Source: Azolla caroliniana
Taxonomy: Eukaryota; Plantae; Polypodiophyta
Direction of reading: 5' to 3'
NCBI GenBank assembly: GCA_043228905.1
Contig: JBHGNT010000002.1
Location: forward strand, 10,788,001 to 10,852,000
DNA length: 64,000 nucleotides
In this document: positions 58,271-64,000 of the stretch, piece after piece
How the letters are laid out: each line of letters begins with the position of its first letter
How positions within the stretch are numbered: position 1 is the first letter of the stretch
Notes under the pieces: model-generated
The model's database searches: none
What the model was told of the DNA's origin: nothing
Seen by the model: only the letters and a program-made list of their open reading frames with translations
Made by a program: the position numbers and the translations under genes

Positions 58271-61200
58271 TGTTGGGAGACAGGTCCCTCCGGATGGGAA
58301 GGGAGAAGAATAGTGCCGACGAACAAACTCGGCCTCGGCCGATAGGCCTCGGCCGAACCGGATGAGGAGTACTCGGCTACGGAGAGCCGGATGATACAGA
58401 CCCGGTATGAACCGGATGAGGAGTACCCGGCTACGGAGAGCCAGATGGTACTGACCCGGTGTGAACCGGATGAGGAGTACCCGGCTACGGAGAGCCAGAT
58501 GATACAGACCCGGTATGAACCGAATGAGGAGTACCCGGCTACGGAGAGCCGGATGGTGCAGGCCGGTATGAACCGGAGGAAGAGACATATTCGTAAATAT
58601 GTTTCTGAGAGCCCATCGAGGCTATGTTTGTAAATAGCTGAAAAGTCATATTAGTATAAATATGACTTAGGGCAAACTTTTAGAAGTTGTTGTAGTTGTT
58701 GTCATTTTTCTTGTTGGTGCAAGAAAAAGGAGAGTGTGTGTAACTGTACAGAGAGGGAGAGAGAGAGACGAGGTCATTGCCTCTGTTGTAACCGCCGCCT
58801 GTGGCGAAGATCGTGAGTTCGAGATTGTTGCCTCAGTGTACTCACTATTTTGTACATTCATACATAGTGACAGTTTGCAGCCCGTGGGCTGCCGTGGTTT
58901 TTCTCCTAGTTTGGGGTTTTCCACGTAAACCTCCTGTGTACCATTTCTCTTCTCTGTGTCATGTTTTATTTCCCGTTTTCTGTTTATGAAAAGAAGCTCG
59001 GTTGTGGCCAAGCGTTGCGCATAAGGAACGTTGGGTTCCCGTCAAGTGGTATCAGAGCGAAATCGACACAGAAAATGGACGAATCATTTGGCGCATGTTC
59101 AAGCTCACCGGCTCCAACTATTCAGTGTGGAAGTCGAAGATGAGGGACATGCTCGTTGTTAAAGACCTTTGGCTGCCGGTTCAGTTCGGGGACAAGAGAC
59201 CGAACAAAATCGACGCCGCGATATGGGAGGTGATGCACATGAAGACAACGGCGTACATACGGTGCTTCATCGACATGAGCCTGTACAACAACTTCAATGA
59301 AGAGAGCAAGGCTCATGAGCTCTGGGAGAAGATCGGCATAATGTTTCAAAACAAAAATGCTGTTAATCAGGTTTCGGTATTTCGGAAGCTAGTAAGACTC
59401 CGGTACCAAGATGGCTCCAGCATGGCGGAGCATATGAATGCCTTCCAGGGGTTGATACACCAAGCAACGTCATTGGAAGTACCTCTTGCCGATGAGGTGT
59501 TAGCGTTACTCCTGCTCGGTTCCCTCCCGGATAGCTGGGAGACGTTGGTTGTCACTTTGGGCAACGCCGGGCCGGAAGGAAAACGGTTATCCCTAGCAAG
59601 AGTAAAGTCGAACTTGCTAGATGAGGAGGCGCGTCGGAAAGACAAAGATACGAGCTCCGACTCCAAAGCGCTTCTTACCGAATCGGAACGCGGAAGACAT
59701 AGAAACCGTAGTCCCCAGAACCGGGAGAAGTCGGGGACACGGTCAAAGTCAAGGGGGAGGCCTACTTGCTTCTATTGCAGCAAGCCGGGACACTTCCAAA
59801 AGAACTGTCGGCATTTCCGTAAAGACAAGGAAACCGACAGTACCGATTCGAAGCAAACCCCGGACCGGAACGGTAAAGACCGGAGGGGGCCGGACCGGAA
59901 GGGAACGACGGCAATCGCGGCAAGTGAAGAAGAGTTGATGCTCATCACTGAGGAGAGTGAAGTAAACCTTGCCGGCGACGAGATGACCTGGGTGGTAGAC
60001 TCCGGAGCGTCGTCCCACCTTACCCCGGACCGGAAATGCTTCTCATCCTACTCAGCCGGTGACCACGGCTATGTCCGGATGGGGAATGAAGGTACATGCC
60101 GAATTATCGGTATAGGAGACGTGTGGCTGTCAACACCAACCGGATGCAAGTTGCTGCTGAAGGATGTTCGACACGTTCCGGAGGTTCGTCTGAACCTGAT
60201 ATCAGCTGGTCGGCTAGATGATGAAGGCTACACGGGTAGCATCCGGAACGGGATCATGAAATTCAGCAAAGGGAGCCTGATTGTGGCTCGGGCCCGGAAG
60301 GTAAACACGTTGTACCTGATGAATGCCCGGTTATGTCCGGAAGAAGTGAACGTGGCATCCGACACTGCCGGTGAGCTGTGGCACAAGAGGCTGTGTCATA
60401 TGAGCGAGAAGGGGATGAAGAGGCTTGTAGACGACAACCTCATTCCAGTGAAGAACGTGCACTTAGAGAAGTGCACTGACTGTCTGGCCGGTAAGCAGAA
60501 CCGGACCTCCTTCCGACCAAGACCACCGATGAGACGTAATGCACCACTGGAGTTGGTGCATACGGACGTGTGTCAAGTAGACACGAAGTCACATGCCGGA
60601 GCGTAGTACTTCGTGACATTCATAGATGACCACAGCCGGAAGCTGTGGGCTACACCGCTGAAGACGAAGGATCAGGTGTTATTCGTCTTCAAAGAGCTCC
60701 ACGCGAGAGTGGAAAGAGAAACCGGCCGGAAGCTGAAGGCGGTTCGAGCAGACAACGGAGGAGAGTACCGGGGGCAGTTCGAGGAGTACTGCCGCTTGAA
60801 GGGAATCCGGCTCGAATTTACCGTGCCGAAGACGCCGGAACTAAACGGACTGGCCGAGAGGATGAACCGGACCATAATGGAGAGGGTCCGGAGTATGCTA
60901 GCGCATGCAAAACTACCCAAGAAGTTTTGGGCTGAGGCACTGTCGACGGCGACATATGTGATAAACAGATCACCCTCAGTACCCTTGGACGGAGACACGC
61001 CACAGAGAGTATGGACCGGTAAGGAAGTGTCCTACCGGCATCTGAGCGTGTTCGGGTGTCTCGCGTACGTGCATGTAGCAAAGGACCGGAGAGGAAAGTT
61101 AGATCCAAAGACCCGGCCATGCATATTCCTCGGTTACGGTGACGATGAGTTCGGTTACCGAGTGTGGGACCCGGTCGACAAGAAGGTATTCCGGAGTCGA

Positions 61201-62906
61201 GATATTATCTTCATGGAGGACAAGACGCTTGCCGACTGGGAGTCGGAGAAGAAGATAATGAACTCCGAGTCGACCAGTAAGGATAGACTCTACAATGAGC
61301 AGACCCAACCGGCAAGAGACCGGTTAGCACTCGAGGAACCAGCCGGTTACGGTGAGGATACCGAACCGGCAAAAGAAGAAGTAGAGGAAGCTGAGACTGG
61401 AACCGGCCAAGACCCCGAATCGGATTCGGATGAAGATCAAATGGAGGAGCCGGTTACCGAAGCCCGAAGACGTAGATATCCTCTCAGAGAGAGAAGGGTG
61501 CCCCGGAGATTTCCGGATGTAGAGCATGTTCTGCTGACCGATGAGGGGGAGCCGGAAAGCTTCGAAGAAGTGAAGGAAGACACCCACAACCGAAAATGGT
61601 TAAGTGCCATGCAGGAGGAGATGGATTCCCTGCATGAGAACCATACGTACGAATTGGTGGAGTTGCCGAAAGGAAAGCGGGCACTCCGAAACAAGTGGGT
61701 GTACAAATTGAAACCTCCATATTTGCCCCGGTAGTAAAGATGACCTCCATCCGGACGGTGCTGAGTATAGCAGCAAGCATGGACCTCGAGGTAGAGCAGC
61801 TGGACGTGAAGACGGCATTCCTCCACGGCGACCTCGAAGAGGAGATCTACATGCAGCAACCGGAAGGATTTGTGGAGAAAGGGAAGGAGCACCTGGTATG
61901 TCGGTTGAAGAAGAGCCTGTACGGACTGAAGCAGGCTCCCCGGCAATGGTACCGGAAGTTCGACTCCTTCATGACCGATCAAGGGTACCATAAGACGCAG
62001 GCCGATCACTGCGTGTTTGTGAAGAAGTTTGAAGGAGGGGACTTCTTGATACTCCTCCTGTACGTGGATGACATGTTGATCGTCGGACGAGACCAAGTAA
62101 AAATACGGATGCTGAAGAAGGCTCTCAACCGGACCTTCTCAATGAAAGACTTGGGTCCGGCAAGACAAATGCTGGGGATGCACATCATCCGTAACCGGAA
62201 AACGAAGCAATTATGGCTGTCACAAGAGAAGTACGTGACAAAGGTGCTTCACCGGTTCAACATGTCAGATGCAAAACCGGTCGGATCGACACTTCCGGCA
62301 AACTGCAGGCTATCCGGCAAGCAAAGCCCGAAGATGAAAGCAGAGAAGGCGGATATGCTGAAGATTCCATATGCCTCTGCCGTCGGGAGCTTGATGTACG
62401 CTATGGTGTGTACCCGACCAGATATAGGATACGCAGTCGGAGTGGTGAGCCGGTTCATGAGTAATCCCGGCAAGGAGCACTGGAACGCAGTCAAATGGAT
62501 ACTCCGGTACTTGAAGGGCACTTCAAATATGTGTCTCCGATTCGGCTCTGGAAAACCTCAACTGGACGGTTTCACCGATTCGGACATGTCGGCTGATGTG
62601 GATACCAGCCGGTCTACATCCGGGTATGTAATGACATATGCAGGGGGAGCTGTTTCATGGCAGTCAAGGTTGCAGAAGACGGTTGCATTGTCAACCACGG
62701 AGGCGGAGTACATGGCAGCTGTGGAAGCCGGCAAGGAAATCTTATGGATGAAGGACTTCATCGGTGAGCTCGGTATACGGCAAGAGGAATACCGACTTTT
62801 TTGCGACAGTCAAAGTGCCATCCACCTTGCTAAGAATGCGGTCTACCATTCCCGGACGAAGCATATCCAGCGGAGGTATCACTGGATCCGGGAAAGAGTA
62901 GATGAC
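58271..62906 (+). mobile_element. Copia element I (B-related), interrupted by J in RNase H
   Basis: 5' LTR 58271-59044; PBS TGGTATCAGAGC 59047-59058; gag-pol 59076-62906 with a frameshift near the start, TAG at 60604 and a deletion near 61717. Confidence 0.93.
58355..58577 (+). repeat. 54-bp tandem repeat (about 4 copies) in U3 of the element I LTR
   Basis: GAACCGGATGAGGAGTACCCGGCTACGGAGAGCC recurs every 54 bp. Confidence 0.9.
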
Positions 62907-63185
62907 TGTTATGAATCCACGCTCCGATTCACCTTCACCGTTCGGCCACAACCGAGAAATCACGAATCAATGCAGCAGAAAATAGGAAACACAGAGAAAG
63001 ACACGATAACACAGGGATTAACGTGGAAAACCCTATACGGGAAAAAAACCACGGGAGTCCTCAAACTCCAACTATCACTATAAACAGAGATGTACAATGG
63101 TGAAGCTACAAGGCAACAACCTTGAGCTCACTGTCTTCGCCACAGGCGGCGGTAATACACAGAGGCAACGACCTCTTCGTCTTCC

Positions 63186-63219
<34 letters not shown>

Positions 63220-64000
63220 CTGCTCTCTTCACTCTCTCAAAGTGAAAACAGAAAAATGAGCAACAACAGTAAAACTGTTTGCCCTAAGTCATATTTATAC
63301 ACATATGACTTTGGGGCTATTTACAACTATAGCCTCAAGGGCCCTTGGCAAACATATTCACAGATATGTCCCCGCATCCGGATCTCTCTCCGGGTACCTT
63401 CGTCATCCGGCTCCGTAGCCGGGGTCTTCATCATCCGGATCCAAAACCGGGTCTTCGTCATCCGGCTCCGTAGCCGGGGTCTTCATCATCCGGATCCGAA
63501 ACCGGGTCTTCGTCATCCGGTTCCAATACCGGGTACTCCTCATTCGGGTCTTCATTCCCGATTCCCGGACATCTGATCATCCCATCCGGAGGGACCGTAA
63601 TCCCAACAAACTCCCCCTTCACTTCGGCATGGGATGTCTTTCCAGTCCGATCCTCTTCCGGCATGCTTCCAGCTTGTCGGGTGTAAGTACCTTGGTCAGC
63701 ATATCCGACCCGTTCTCGTCCGTGTGGATCTTTGTCAGCACGAACTCCTTGTCTTCTATCCTTTCCCGGATCCAGTGGTATCTACGCTGGATGTGCTTCG
63801 TCCGGGAGTGATAGGCCGCATTCTTCGCAAGGTGGATGGCACTCTGACTGTCGCAGTAGAGTCGGTACTCCTCCTGCCGGATACCGAGCTCTCTAATGAA
63901 GTCCTTCATCCATATTATTTCTTTGCCGGCTTCAACGGCCGCCATGTACTCCGCCTCCGTGGTTGACAGTGCAACCGTCTTCTGCAGCCTCGACTGCCAT
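62907..64000 (-). mobile_element. 3' end of copia element J (B family): 3' LTR 62907-63608, PPT and RNase H C-terminus 63619-64000
   Basis: LTR similar to B; the protein is almost identical to the RNase H of B; runs off the window end. Confidence 0.93.

Overview
Eukaryotic, almost certainly land-plant, repeat-rich DNA; the species cannot be determined from the sequence. About 85% is nested retrotransposons (Ty1/copia, Ty3/gypsy, pol-less LTR elements, L1- and RTE-like LINEs), most of which can be unpicked by LTR pairs and target-site duplications (TSDs). They surround one intact 9-exon host gene (minus strand, 32383-37085) encoding a NUMOD3-motif protein. The most unusual signal is in three non-autonomous LTR elements with unrelated LTRs (C 11457-18580, D 11509-14516, E 46631-56770). 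All three lack a polypurine tract (PPT). In its place, 2 nt upstream of the 3' LTR, each carries a sequence that looks like a tRNA 3' end (D: GTCCCACGGGCGTGCCA), i.e. a second, inverted primer-binding site (PBS). Two of the three also encode the same unrecognised coiled-coil protein. Other notable items are a conserved C-terminal Pol extension between two PPTs in three copia elements, a foldback insertion with TG..CA ends and a 5-bp TSD, a three-LTR copia, and a tRNA-Trp-primed gypsy with a 4-bp TSD. All alignments were done by eye and tRNA identities come from recall, so they need database confirmation.
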